NCBI GenBank assembly: GCA_002269645.1
Contig: NIVC01001380.1
Location: 186,001 to 250,000 of the forward strand
Origin: Macrostomum lignano
Lineage: Eukaryota
Reading direction: 5' to 3'
Length of the DNA: 64,000 nt
Shown: piece after piece, positions 23,346 to 34,942 of the stretch
How the letters are laid out: each line of letters starts with the position of its first letter
How positions within the stretch are numbered: position 1 is the first letter of the stretch
Position numbers and translations under genes: made by a program
Notes under the pieces: model-generated
What the model was told of the DNA's origin: nothing
What the model saw: only the letters and a program-made list of their open reading frames with translations
Database searches by the model: none

Positions 23346-23824
23346 CATTTTCTGAATCAATTAATACTAAATACTACTTACCTAACATACCCGAACATAA
23401 AGTGCTACTGTATAATATGGTGGCGTATTTTTTGAATCGATTGATAAAATATTGCAATAGTGTGCCTTGTGCCTTAAGAAATTAATGAAAATCTCAATTC
23501 AATCGCACATTTTTTCGGCTTAGCAAATCGGGGTGGGTTGTTAAGCGCTCTCGCGTGACCCACTGGATGAAGCAATGAGAGGCTTCAAGGATTAATGAAT
23601 CTTGAGACATCACAGCTTTGACATATCCTCAATTCAATCCTGGCAATCGAGGTTCGGGATGGCGGTTTTTAATCTGAAGATTGACTGCTTCTGACTGGTT
23701 CTGTCCCAGATTTCACGGCTCTTCATCCTTTGTCGGTGGTGATAATTCAGAATTTTATTACAGAACTTGGATCTTTTTTGCCAGGCCGGGTTTTTTGCTT
23801 TGTTCTTCATCTGAGTTTATCTCT

Positions 23825-24945
23825 ATCAGTCTCTCCCTCTCAGTCTCTCCTTCTCAGTCTCTCCTTCTCAGTCTCTCCTTCTCAGTCTCTCCTTCTCAGT
23901 CTCTCCTTCTCAGTCTCTCCTTCTCAGTCTCCTTCTCAGTCTCTCCTTCTCAGTCTCTCCTTCTCAGTCTCTCCTTCTCAGTCTCTCCTTCTCAGTCTCT
24001 CCTTCTCAGTCTCCTTCTCAGTCTCTCCTTCTTAGTCTCTCCTTCTCAGTCTCTCCTTCTCAGTCTCCTTCTCAGTCTCTCCTTCTCAGTCTCTCCCTCT
24101 CAGTCTCTCCCTCTCAGTCTCTTCCTCTCAGTCTCTCCATCTCAGCCTCTCCCTCTCAGTCTCTCCCTCTCAGTCTCTTCCTCTCAGTCTCTCCATCTCA
24201 GTCTGTCCCTCTCTGTCTCTCCCTCTCAGTGTCCCCTCTCCGTCTCTCCCTCTCAGTCTCTCCCTCTCAGTCTCTTCCTCTCAGTCTCTCCATCTCAGTC
24301 TCTCCTTCTCAGTCTCTCCCTCTCAGTCTCTCCCTCTCAGTCTCTTCCTCTCAGTCTCTCCATCTCAGTCTCTCCCTCTCAGTCTCTCCCTCTCAGTCTC
24401 TTCCTCTCAGTCTCTTCCTCTCAGTCTCTCCATCTCAGCCTCTCCCTCTCAGTCTCTCCCTCTCAGTCTCTTCCTCTCAGTCACTCCATCTCAGTCTGTC
24501 CCTCTCTGTCTCTCCCTCTCAGTGTCCCCTCTTAGTCTCTCCCTCTCAGTGTCCCCTCTCCGTCTCTCCCTCTCAGTCTCTCCCTCTCAGTCTCTTCCTC
24601 TCAGTCTCTCCATCTCAGTCTCTCCTTCTCAGTCTCTCCCTCTCAGTCTCTCCCTCTCAGTCTCTTCCTCTCAGTCTCTCCATCTCAGTCTCTCCCTCTC
24701 AGTCTCTCCCTCTCAGTCTCTTCCTCTCAGTCTCTTCCTCTCAGTCTCTCCATCTCAGCCTCTCCCTCTCAGTCTCTCCCTCTCAGTCTCTTCCTCTCAG
24801 TCTCTTCCTCTCAGTCTGTCCCTCTCTGTCTCTCCCTCTCAGTGTCCCCTCTTAGTCTCTCCCTCTCAGTGTCCCCTCTCCGTCTCTCCCTCTTGGTCTC
24901 TCCCTCTCAGTGTCCCTCCTCTCAGTCTCTTCCTCTCAGTCTGCC
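23825..24945. repeat. Pyrimidine-rich ~14-bp minisatellite (TCTCTCCCTCTCAG)
   Basis: Tandem units with internal higher-order duplication. Confidence 0.92.
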
Positions 24946-25083
24946 CTCTAGGAGAAAGGGCGTTCTAAATCATTAAATGGCCTTCCTTTAAAAGTCACAG
25001 TTTTACACTGAAAAAAATTCACATCATACTACTTTCCGAGAAATTAAGTAGCAATCTAAGCAAATTCAAGGTTAAATCCGTAC

Positions 25084-25395
25084 CTGTAAGTGAAATTTTC
25101 CGGCCTTCCAGTGGCCAAGCACTCGGCCTCGATACGATCCTGCTCTTTGAACTCCTTCTCACCAGCATCCTGACCTTCAACCGACTGCGCTGTCGTTGCT
25201 AGGGACGCCCCTGGCAATGGTAGCCGACGCAGGCGCAGTCGAACAACCGGCGGTGAGCGAACGTACAGCCGAGTTGATGCGGTCAGCCCGCCATCTTCAA
25301 AGCCTTCAACGCGGGCATCGCAGGCGATCGGCAGGCCATGGTGCGACTCTGTGATGGCTCCGGCTGCCAGCTGCAGGTGGGCCCGCGCTGTCAGG
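25084..25395 (-). CDS. Kirrel/Neph-like gene exon, Ig2 end - Ig3 start
   Basis: CCTGCAG|C acceptor, phase 2; HHGLPIACDARV..LYVRSPPVVRL..IEAECLATGRPENFTY; donor AG|GTACGG. Confidence 0.9.
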
Positions 25396-25444
25396 CTGCA
25401 GGTGGGCATTGGAGCTGCTTATTGACTGCCGCTCTCAGTTCCAC

Positions 25445-26412
25445 GCCCTCCCGCTCTCTCCTGCTCTCTCCCGCTCTCTCCCGCTCTCTCCCGCTCTCTC
25501 CTGCTCGCTCCCGCTCTCTCCTGCTCTCTCCCACTCTCTCCCGCTCCCTCCCGCTCTCTTTAGCTCTCTCCCGCTCTCTCCCGCTCCCTCCCACTCTCTC
25601 CCGCTCCCTCCCGCTCTCTCCCGCTCTCTCCCGCTCTCTCCCGCTCTCTCCCGCTCTCTCCCGCTCTCTCCCGCTCCCTCCCGCTCCCTCCCGCTCTCTC
25701 CCGCTCCCTCCTGCTCTCTCCCGCTCCCTCCCGCTCTCTCCCGCTCTCTCCCGCTCTCTCCAGCTCTCTCCCGCTCCCTCCCGCTGTCTCCCGCTCCCTC
25801 CCGCTCTCTCCCGCTCTCTCCCGCTCTCTCCCGCTCTCTCCCGCTCTCTCCCGCTCTCTCCCACTCCCTCCTGCTCTCTCCCGCTCCCTCCTGCTCTCTC
25901 CCGCTCCCTCCCGCTCTCTCCCGCTCTCTCCCGCTCTCTCCAGCTCTCTCCCGCTCCCTCCCGCTGTCTCCCGCTCCCTCCCGCTCTCTCCCGCTCCCTC
26001 CCGCTCCCTCCCGCTCTCTCCCGCTCCCTCCTGCTCTCTCCCGCTCCCTCCCGCTCTCTCCCGCTCTCTCCCGCTCTCTCCAGCTCTCTCCCGCTCCCTC
26101 CCGCTGTCTCCCGCTCCCTCCCGCTCTCTCCCGCTCTCTCCCGCTCTCTCCCGCTCTCTCCCGCTCTCTCCCGCTCTCTCCCACTCCCTCCTGCTCTCTC
26201 CCGCTCCCTCCCGCTCTCTCCCGCTCTCTCCCGCTCTCTCCCGCTCTCTCCCACTCCCTCCCGCTCTCTCCCGCTCCCTTCCGCTCTCTCCCGCTCTCTC
26301 CCGCTCTCTCCCGCTCTCTCCCGCTCTCTCCCGCTCCCTCCCGCTCTCTCCCGCTCTCTCCCGCTCTCTCCCGCTCTCTCCCGCTCTCTCCCGCTCTCTC
26401 CCGCTCTCTCCC
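25445..26412. repeat. 10-bp minisatellite (CTCTCCCGCT)
   Basis: Fills the intron between exons 25395 and 26447. Confidence 0.95.
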
Positions 26413-26446
26413 TCTCCCATTGTCTCGATCAGCCGGCGGGACTCAC

Positions 26447-26855
26447 AGGTGGTCTGGCTCATTCTCACTGAGCTGGTCCATCACAGCCCACCCGTGCATG
26501 GGCTGGTCAAACACGGTCCGCACCTGAGGCACCTGGTACAACGGCACCCTGACTCGTTTATTAGAATCCACCGTCCAGAAAACTGTCGGAGCGGGATTCG
26601 AACCTCTGACCTCGCAGACTAGCAGCAGCCGCTCGCCAACGGAAGCCACCGCCCAGTCTGCCACAGGCTGCAACAGCAAATCCGCTTGAGTCGCCGTCCA
26701 GTTTCCTACAAACAGCCGGAGACTGTCGGCATTTTTCAATACGCGCAGATAAGCGATGCTGGACTTTACTGGCCGGTCCGATCCGGCAACCACTTGGCAA
26801 CCGTAGGAGCCTCTGTCGGACAGCTGTAGCTGAGAGATTGTCAGGTCGTGAATTC
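26447..26855 (-). CDS. Kirrel/Neph-like gene exon, Ig1 end - Ig2 start
   Basis: TTCGCAG|GA acceptor, phase 1; IHDLTISQLQLSDRGSYGCQV..LVCEVRGSNPAPTVFW; donor CT|GTGAGT. Confidence 0.92.
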
Positions 26856-26949
26856 CTGCGAATTAAGGGGTGAATACAACTGCAGGTCTATGCCTACTTG
26901 GGTGTCAAATTTGACGCCAGCAGCAAACATTTTATAAAATTTTGCGCCA

Positions 26950-27748
26950 TAAAAAATCGGCGCTACTTCAGAGAATCGGCGCCACCACAGAAAATCAGCG
27001 CCAACCCAGTAGATCGGCACCACCCGAGAAAATCAGGGCTCCCCTGAAAAATTGGCGCCACCCCAGAAGGTCGCCGCAACCCCAGAGTATTGGCGCCACC
27101 CTAGAAAATCTACGTCACCCCAGAGTATCGGCGCCACCCCAGAGAATCGGCGTCAACAACTTAGAAGATCGGCGCCACCCCAGAAAAACTGCGCCACCCC
27201 AGAATATCGGCGCCATCCCAGAGGATCGGCGCCACAACAGAGAATCGGCGCCACCTCAGAGAATCGGCGCCACAACAGAGAATCGGCGCCACCTCAGAGA
27301 ATCGGCGCCACAACAGAGAATCGGCGCCACAACAGAGAATCGGCGAAACAAAAGAGAATCGGCGCCACAACAGAGAATCGGCGCCACCTCAGAGAATCGG
27401 CGCCACAACAGAGAATCGGCGCCACCTCAGAGAATCGGCGCCACAACAGAGAATCGGCGCCACAACAGAGAATCGGCGCCACAACAGAGAATCGGCGAAA
27501 CAAAAGAGAATCGGCGCCAAAACAGAGAATCGGCGCCACAAAAGAGAATCGGCGCCACAACAGAGAATCGGCGCCACCCCATAGAATCGGCGCCACCCCA
27601 TAGAATCAGCGCTACCCCATAGAATCGGCGCCACCCCATAGAATCAGCGCTACCCCATAGAATCAGCGCTACCCCATAGAATCGGCGCCACCCCATAGAA
27701 TCAGCGCTACCCCAGAGAATCAGCGCTACCCCAGAGAATCGGCGCCCT
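26950..27748. repeat. 19-20-bp minisatellite (AGAGAATCGGCGCCACAAC)
   Basis: Tandem units with a GGCGCC core. Confidence 0.92.
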
Positions 27749-28497
27749 CCGAAACATAAACTTAATAAAAAAATTCACAGTTCAGCTGGTACGGCTCAAA
27801 CCCGTGACCTCGGCACAAGAGTACACCTCTTCGGTTAGCGAATAGCTATTCCCTATAATAAACATAGATAATCTTCTAAAATGGATTTTTTGTTGTCTCG
27901 CACTTTTTATAATCGATGTTATTTTGAAGGCTTCGAGCAAGAATGAAAATGTCTTAGAAGCAAGCGATTTCAAATCCGCGCCAAAAATAGATTGCAATTA
28001 CACACACTATATATCCTTGAGCTTTAGTAAAAGGCGAATGGGAAAGTGGAATGAATTTTTTTGTCCCGGTAAACCGAGACCGAAACTCTGACTGGAGTGC
28101 AGACGGACAGACTGTCTTTTTTGCGTCCCAACAGCTCCCCCCTCGAAGTTTTCGATTAGCTATCAATTTTTTCCCGCATTTTTCCCCCATAGCTATGCCT
28201 GCCTTCTGAACATTTTTTCTTTTTTTAAGCCGAGGAAGAGAAGCAGACAGAGAGCACCTGGGAATCGCCCCACCTGACAAGAAAATGCTGGAAAATTATT
28301 CGCTTGTTAACAGCTCAGGTAAAGATGACGGCAGCTGACAGAATCACGGTCGAATTGCTCGAAGTTCGTGTCTTGTAAATAATTTTATTCAAGCCAAAAC
28401 TTTGACACGAAACTGTCAGGGTATCAAGGTGATGCAGGTAAATCAAGGTGATGAAATTTTGAGTTGCAGTCTGAAAAATATGATGTCTGTGGTTTGA

Positions 28498-29205
28498 GTA
28501 AGGCGCCATTTGCTCTAGTGAGGCGCCATTTGTACTAGTGAGGCGCCAACTACTCTAGTAAGGCGCCATTTGCTCTAGTGAGGCGCCATTTGCTCTATTG
28601 AGGCGCCATTTGCTCTAGTGAGGCGCCATTTGTACTAGTGAGGCGCCAACTACTCTAGTAAGGCGCCATTTGCTCTAGTGAGGCGCCATTTGCTCTAGTG
28701 AGGCGCCATTTGTACTAGTGAGGCGCCAACTACTCTAGTAAGGCGCCATTTGCTCTAGTGAGGCGCCATTTGCTCTAGTGAGATGCCAATCCCTCTAGCG
28801 AGAGGGTGCCAACTACTCTAGTGAGGTGCCAACTACTCTAGTGAGGCGCCAACTACTCTAGTGAGGTGCCAACTACTCTAGTGAGGCGCCAACTACTCTA
28901 GTGAGGCGCCAACTACTCTAGTGAGGCGCCAACTACTCTAGTGAGGCGCCAACTACTCTAGTGAGGCGCCAACTACTCTAGTGAGGCGCCAACTACTCTA
29001 GTGAGGCGCCAACTACTCTGGTGAGGCGCCAACTACTCTAGTGAGGCGCCAACTACTCTAGTAAGGCGCCATTTGCTCTAGTGAGGCGCCATTTGCTCTA
29101 GTGAGATGCCAATCCCTCTAGTGAGGCGCCATTTGCTCTAGTGAGATGCCAATCCCTCTAGCGAGAGGGTGCCAACTACTCTAGTGAGGCGCCAACTGCT
29201 CCAGT
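28498..29205. repeat. 20-21-bp minisatellite (AGTGAGGCGCCATTTGCTCT / AACTACTCT)
   Basis: Tandem units with a GGCGCC core. Confidence 0.92.
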
Positions 29206-29237
29206 GAAGCGGCACCCGGTCTCTATCCAGTGCTCAC

Positions 29238-29457
29238 CTGAATGTGTCAGACTGGCAATGCTGAACCGGGGATCTCTAACAGTGTCGGACATGGAACTAG
29301 CGGCAATCATGAGGTTATCCCTGTGCCAATAAACCCGGACTGGCAATGCGGTTTGTCTCCAACCAGTCCGGCACGCTAACGTGACGGAGTCGCCAACTTT
29401 TCGGCTGACATCGGCGGGACCGCGCACAATCCGCATTGGGCCTCTGTGGCGGCGCAG
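29238..29457 (-). CDS. Kirrel/Neph/SYG-1-like gene exon, Ig1 N-terminal half (5' boundary approximate; signal-peptide exon not found)
   Basis: IVRGPADVSRKVGDSVTLACR..VYWHRDN..RFSI; donor CAG|GTGAGC joins in frame to 26855. Five Ig domains plus a TM and a cytoplasmic tail match the Kirrel/Neph/Roughest architecture. Confidence 0.85.
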
Positions 29458-29699
29458 CTATCAGGCCAGGATCGGGCGTAGTTAACCTGCGGCTGGGTGG
29501 TATTGGGTGAAGGAAATATGCAAACAATTCCAATATTGTACGAGCCTTAGATGTAGTTGCTGCTTTCAAGATACATTGGAGACAGTCAAATAGACTAATA
29601 GATCTAGAGATTGAGAGAGAATGGGGAGAAAAAAGAGAGCCGGAAGTGAGAGAAGACGGAAAGTGAGATTAGAGAGATTTGGAAAAACTTCTGGAGAGA

Positions 29700-30560
29700 G
29701 ACTAGAGATTAGAGATTCTGGAGGGAAGAACAAAGATTCTGGAAGGAGATTAGAGATTCTGGAGAGAGAGATTAGAGATTCTGGAGAGAGAGATTAGAGA
29801 TTCTGGAAAAATATTAGACATTCTGAATAGAGATTAGAGATTCGGGAGGAGAAGAGAGATTCTGAATGGAGATTAGAGATTCTGGGGGGAGAAGAGAGAT
29901 TCTGAATGGAGATTAGAGATTCTGGGGGGAGAAGAGAGATTCTGAATAAAGATTAGAGATTCTAGGGGATTAGAGATTCTAGGGGATTAGAGATTCTGAA
30001 TAGAGATTGGAGATTCGGGAGGAGAAGAGAGATTCTGAATGGAGATTAGAGATTCTGGGGGGAGAAGAGAGATTCTGAATGGAGATTAGAGATTCTGGGG
30101 GGAGAAGAGAGATTCTGAATAAAGAATAGAGATTCTAGGGGATTAGAGATTCTGAATAGAGATTAGAGATTCGGGAGGAGAAGAGAGATTCTGAATGGAG
30201 ATTAGAGATTCTGCGGGGAGAAGAGAGATTCTGAATAAAGATTAGAGATTCTAGGGGATTAGAGATTCTGAATAGAGATTGGAGATTTGGGAGGAGAAGA
30301 GAGATTCTGAATAAGTATTAGAGATTCTGGGGGGGGGAGAAGAGAGATTCTAGAAGAAGATTAGACATTCTGGAGAGAGGGGGTTTGAGAGACTTTAGAG
30401 ATTTTGGAGCGATCGGAGATTCAGGAGAGAGACACTAGATATATTGAAGGAAGATTAAATAAGAGCTAGAAAGAAGGTTAGATTAGATAGAACGGCTAGA
30501 AAGAAGGTTAGATTAGATAGAACGGCTAGAAAGAAGGTTAGATTAGATAGAACGGATAGA
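29700..30560. repeat. GA-rich composite minisatellite (GATTAGAGATTCTG..) plus a short 30-bp array
   Basis: Tandem units. Confidence 0.85.
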
Positions 30561-31129
30561 AGGAAGAGAAATAGCTCGAGATTTAGACCAAAAGCAACAC
30601 AGTGAAGTTTTCCTCACCCTATAGGCACTGCATCTGACAAAACAAATATGAGAGCTAACATTGCACTGGCATTGAATGGGCAATTAATTGCAGCTTAAGC
30701 TTAGAGCTAAAAGTGCAAAACTCCTGCGAAACCGTCAGTCAGTCTCTCTCTCACTCTCAGTGCTGCAACTTGGGTGTTTGTTAAACAAACCGCCACACCC
30801 GAAGCTGATGCACTCTTTGCAACTGTAAGCCCCACCCCTGACAGTAACCAGCAAGATGATTAATGATGGTTGTAAAATCCAAATACTGAGATGGGAGATT
30901 TTAATGGAGCATTTTTATAGCGAAGTCGCAGATTTGTTTGTAAGACCTGGTTGGGTAAAGAATTTATCTTAAACGTTTTTGATACTTAGTTGAATGATTG
31001 CAGTGACATTTAATGTCAGTTAGCCATCAATCTATCTGTTCTTATTTAGTTCTTGCATGTATAAGCCTACCAGTAATTATGTCTCAATAAAAATATTAGA
31101 TTCTAAATTAGTTCCTTGAGTGCCAGCCT

Positions 31130-31650
31130 AGATTTAGGTCTCTATCCAATCCTTAGATTCTATTGTAGTTTCTAATGTAGTTGTAACAACCTAAATTTAG
31201 GTCTCTATCCAATCCTTAGATTCTGTTGTAGTTCTGTGTAACAACCTAAATTTAGGTCTCTATCCAATCCTTAGACTCTATTGTAGTTCTGTGTAACAAC
31301 CTAAATTTAGGTCTCTATCCAATCCTTTGATTCTATTGTAGTTCTGTGTAACAACCTAAATTTAGGTCTCTATCCAATCCTTAGATTCTATTGTAGTTCT
31401 GTGTAACAACCTAAATTTAGGTCTCTATCCAATCCTTAGATTCAATTGTAGTTTTGTGTAACAACCTAAATTTAGGTCTCTATCCAATCCTTAGATTCAG
31501 TTGTAGTTCTGTGTAACAACCTAAATTTAGGTCTCTATCCAATCCTTAGATTCTATTGTAGTTTTTTGTGCCAACCTAACTTTAGATATCAATCGAATTC
31601 TTAAATTCTATTGTAGTTTTGTGTGCCAGCCTAAATTTAGGTCTCTAATA
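31130..31650. repeat. ~55-bp minisatellite containing the palindrome ACCTAAATTTAGGT
   Basis: About 9 units of ACAACCTAAATTTAGGTCTCTATCCAATCCTTAGATTCTATTGTAGTTCTGTGTA. Confidence 0.9.
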
Positions 31651-32299
31651 CCCTGTCCTTAGATATTCTCGAATAATATCAGCAAGAGTTTCAATTCCCC
31701 TGCCAGCATAACCTGCAGCCGCAATGAAAGGAATCGAAATTGGAAAAAAGAAAACTTAAAGAAAAGAAAGTGCGGATTAAATTAATTGTCTGGAGAAACG
31801 TGTTGCAGACACACGGGAAGAAATGAATAAGTAAATTCGGAACCGAGAATCTGTTTTGGCAACAGACGCAGCAGCGGCTGACATTTCTTAGAATATTTCA
31901 CTCTCCTCTCTCCCGCCACACACACTGTTGATTAATTGAAGCATAGTCACTGCCCACCGAAAGAAATTCAATACTTCTTCTTCTTCTTCTTCTTGCCATT
32001 TGTTGCGTTGAAGATATTTCCTAATAGTTATTATGCGTACAGTATGTACTTTCTAACTAAACATAATCCAATCCAAAAATACAAATTCCGGTTGTTGTCA
32101 ATCGTTTCTACCGCCAGGTTTGGAGGACAACTTAAAAGGATTAACACCCCTAGTATGGCTGGCATATTTTTGGGGATAATTACTCGATTTTTTTATTTGG
32201 AGACTGCTGTGCGTTTTTGTTCGTTCGAAGTTAATTTTGACTGTATCTGGTGGTTTAACACCTGCTTTGCCGGAGTTACCCTCTCTTTTGTTTCTCATT

Positions 32300-33025
32300 T
32301 ACCCTCCTCTCCCCGCCTCTCCTCTCCTCTCTTCTCCTCTCCTCTCTCTCCTCTCCTCTCTCTCCTCTCTCTTCCCCTCCTCTCTCTCGTCTCCTCTCCT
32401 CTCTCTCCTCTCTCTCCTCTCCTCTCCTCTCTCTCCTCCCCCTCCCCCTCCTCTCTCTCCTCTCTCTCCTCTCCTCTCCTCTCTCTCCTCCCCCTCCCCC
32501 CTCCTTTCTCTCCTCTCTCTCCTCTCCTCTCCTCTCTCTCCTCCCCTCCCCCTCCTCTCTCACCTCTCTTCCCCTCCTCTCTCTCCTCTCCTCTCTCTCC
32601 TCTCCTCTCTCTCCCCCCTCCCCCTCCTTTCTCTCCTCTCTCTCCTCTCCTCTCTCTCCTCCCCCTCCCCCTCCTCTCTCACCTCTCTTCTCCTCTCCTC
32701 TCCTCTCTCTCCTCTCCTCTCTCTCCTCCCCCTCCCCCTCCTTTCTCTCCTCTCTCTCCTCTCTCTCCTCTCTCTCCTCCCCCTCCCCCTCCTCTCTCAC
32801 CTCTCTTCTCCTCTCCTCTCCTCTCTCTCTTCTCCTCTCTCTTCCCCCTCCTCTCCTCTCCTCTCCTCTTCTCTCCTCTCCTCTCTTACCTCTCCTCTCC
32901 TCTTCTCTCCTCTCCTCTCCCCTACTCTCATCTATTTTCATCTTATCTCTTATCTAATCTCTCATCTCCCTCTCCTCTCTCCCCTCCCCCTCATTTCCCC
33001 TCCTATCCTCTCCCCTTATCTCCCT
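32300..33025. repeat. CT-rich low-complexity tract
   Basis: Almost pure C/T on the + strand. Confidence 0.95.
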
Positions 33026-33487
33026 AATCAGTAGATTTAAGACTTAATCCTTATCTTTATCACCTTGTCAAAAATGATTTTCTTCACCTCCTAGTAAAAC
33101 TCCTGCTTAAAAAATTTCTAATCAAGACCTCACACCTTGAAAATTTCAACTTCTCGTTTGTAAGGAGGCCTTCAGTTAACATTGTTCTATACTAGTAATG
33201 CTACCTCAGAACTGCGTGTAACCTTTGGGGGAAGAGATAGACCAGTGAGAAGAGAAGGCCTCACCGCTGCCTTACCTTTGAAGCGTTCCGCCATTGGCTT
33301 CATCAACAGCTCTGAGGCTTGAAGCATTGTGACAGACTCTTAAGGCGCTGCTCTGAACTTCGTGTCGGCAAACTTCTTAATAATTGAGACTGGATTTCTA
33401 AGAGATGTGTGAACTGGCTTTAGTCCCGCCTCCTGTGTCCCAGGTTCTCCCTCTCAGTCAATAGCTAACCTGTGACCCCGCGTGTGT

Positions 33488-34410
33488 CACTCTTGTCTCT
33501 CTTGTCACTCTGTCTCTCTTGTCACCCTGTCTCTCTTGTCACTCTGTCTCTCTTGTCACCCTGTCTCTCTTGTCACTCTGTCTCTCTTGTCACTCTGTCT
33601 CTCTTGTCACTCTGTCTCTCTTGTCACCCTGTCTCTCTTGTCACTCTGTCTCTCTTGTCACTCTTGTCTCTCTTGTCACTCTGTCTCTCTTGTCACCCTG
33701 TCTCTCTTGTCACTCTGTCTCTCTTGTCACTCTTGTCTCTCTTGTCACTCTGTCTCTCTTGTAACTCTGTCTCTCTAGTCACTCTTGTCTCTCTTGTCAC
33801 TCTGTCTCTCTTGTCACTCTGTCTCTCTTGTCACTCTTGTCACTCTGTCTCTCTTGTAACTCTGTCTCTCTAGTCACTCTTGTCTCTCTTGTCACTCTGT
33901 TTCTCTTGTAACTCTGTCTCTCTAGTCACTCTGTCTCTCTTGTCACTCTGTCTCTCTTGTAACTCTGTCTCTCTAGTCACTCTTGTCTCTCTTGTCACTC
34001 TTGTCTCTCTTGTCACTCTGTCTCTCTTGTCACTCTTGTCTCTCTTTTCACTCTCTATTGCTCTGCCACTCTACTGTTTTGTCTATTTGCCACTCTCTAA
34101 TACTGTCACTTTCTACTGACTCGGTCACTCTCTACTATCTTGACACCCTCTAATACTCTGTCACTCTAATACTCTGTCACTCTCTACTGCTGTGTCACTC
34201 TCTACTGACCTGTCACTCTCTACTGCTCTGTCACTCCCTACCGCTCTGTCACTCTCAACATCTGTCACTCTCTACTGCTCTGTCACTCTCTACTTCTCTG
34301 TCACTCTCTACTGATCTGTCACTCTCTATTGACCTGTCACTCTCTACTGCTCTGTCACTCTCTACTGCTCTGTCACTCTCTACTGCTCTGTCACTCTTTA
34401 CTGCACTGTC
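33488..34410. repeat. 17-bp (TCTCTCTTGTCACTCTG) and 18-bp (CTCTACTGCTCTGTCACT) minisatellites
   Basis: Two adjacent, related tandem arrays. Confidence 0.9.
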
Positions 34411-34942
34411 ATTTTCTTCTTCTCAGTCACTCTCCTTTATCCACTCTCGTCAGTACGTTTTTATCTAAACTGCAGTTAATTCCCTCTGGTCTTCTTCCAT
34501 CTTAACGCAGAAAACTTATTCAGTACCTTCAACTATTTCTTTTCCTTGCCAGAAGTCAATGCCGACTTACCGCATGTGCCTACAGTACAAGGCTAAGCAA
34601 CGGAGCCATGTTTATTATTGCACTTCATTCCAATGACCGGCACAAGAAAAGCATTTATAGAATTATTGTAAACTACGGAAGTCGATTTGTAAATGGCTTG
34701 GGTCCAAATATAGACTAGTATGGCCGGGAGGCTGTCTAGATTAGCCAAATGGATTTTAGATTTACAGCCGTAACCGCTTGCCAATCGATTGAGGCCTTTT
34801 AAGAAAGGAGGGCTGCCAAGATCCTAGCGGTATTTTTATAGAGTGCAGCCAGCCAATGCTGTTCACTTAAGGGTTGTCTGATAGCAAAGAGGTACACGGA
34901 AGTTGTGTGAAAAGGCAGCTGGTTGGAAAGAGCGTTTCTTCT

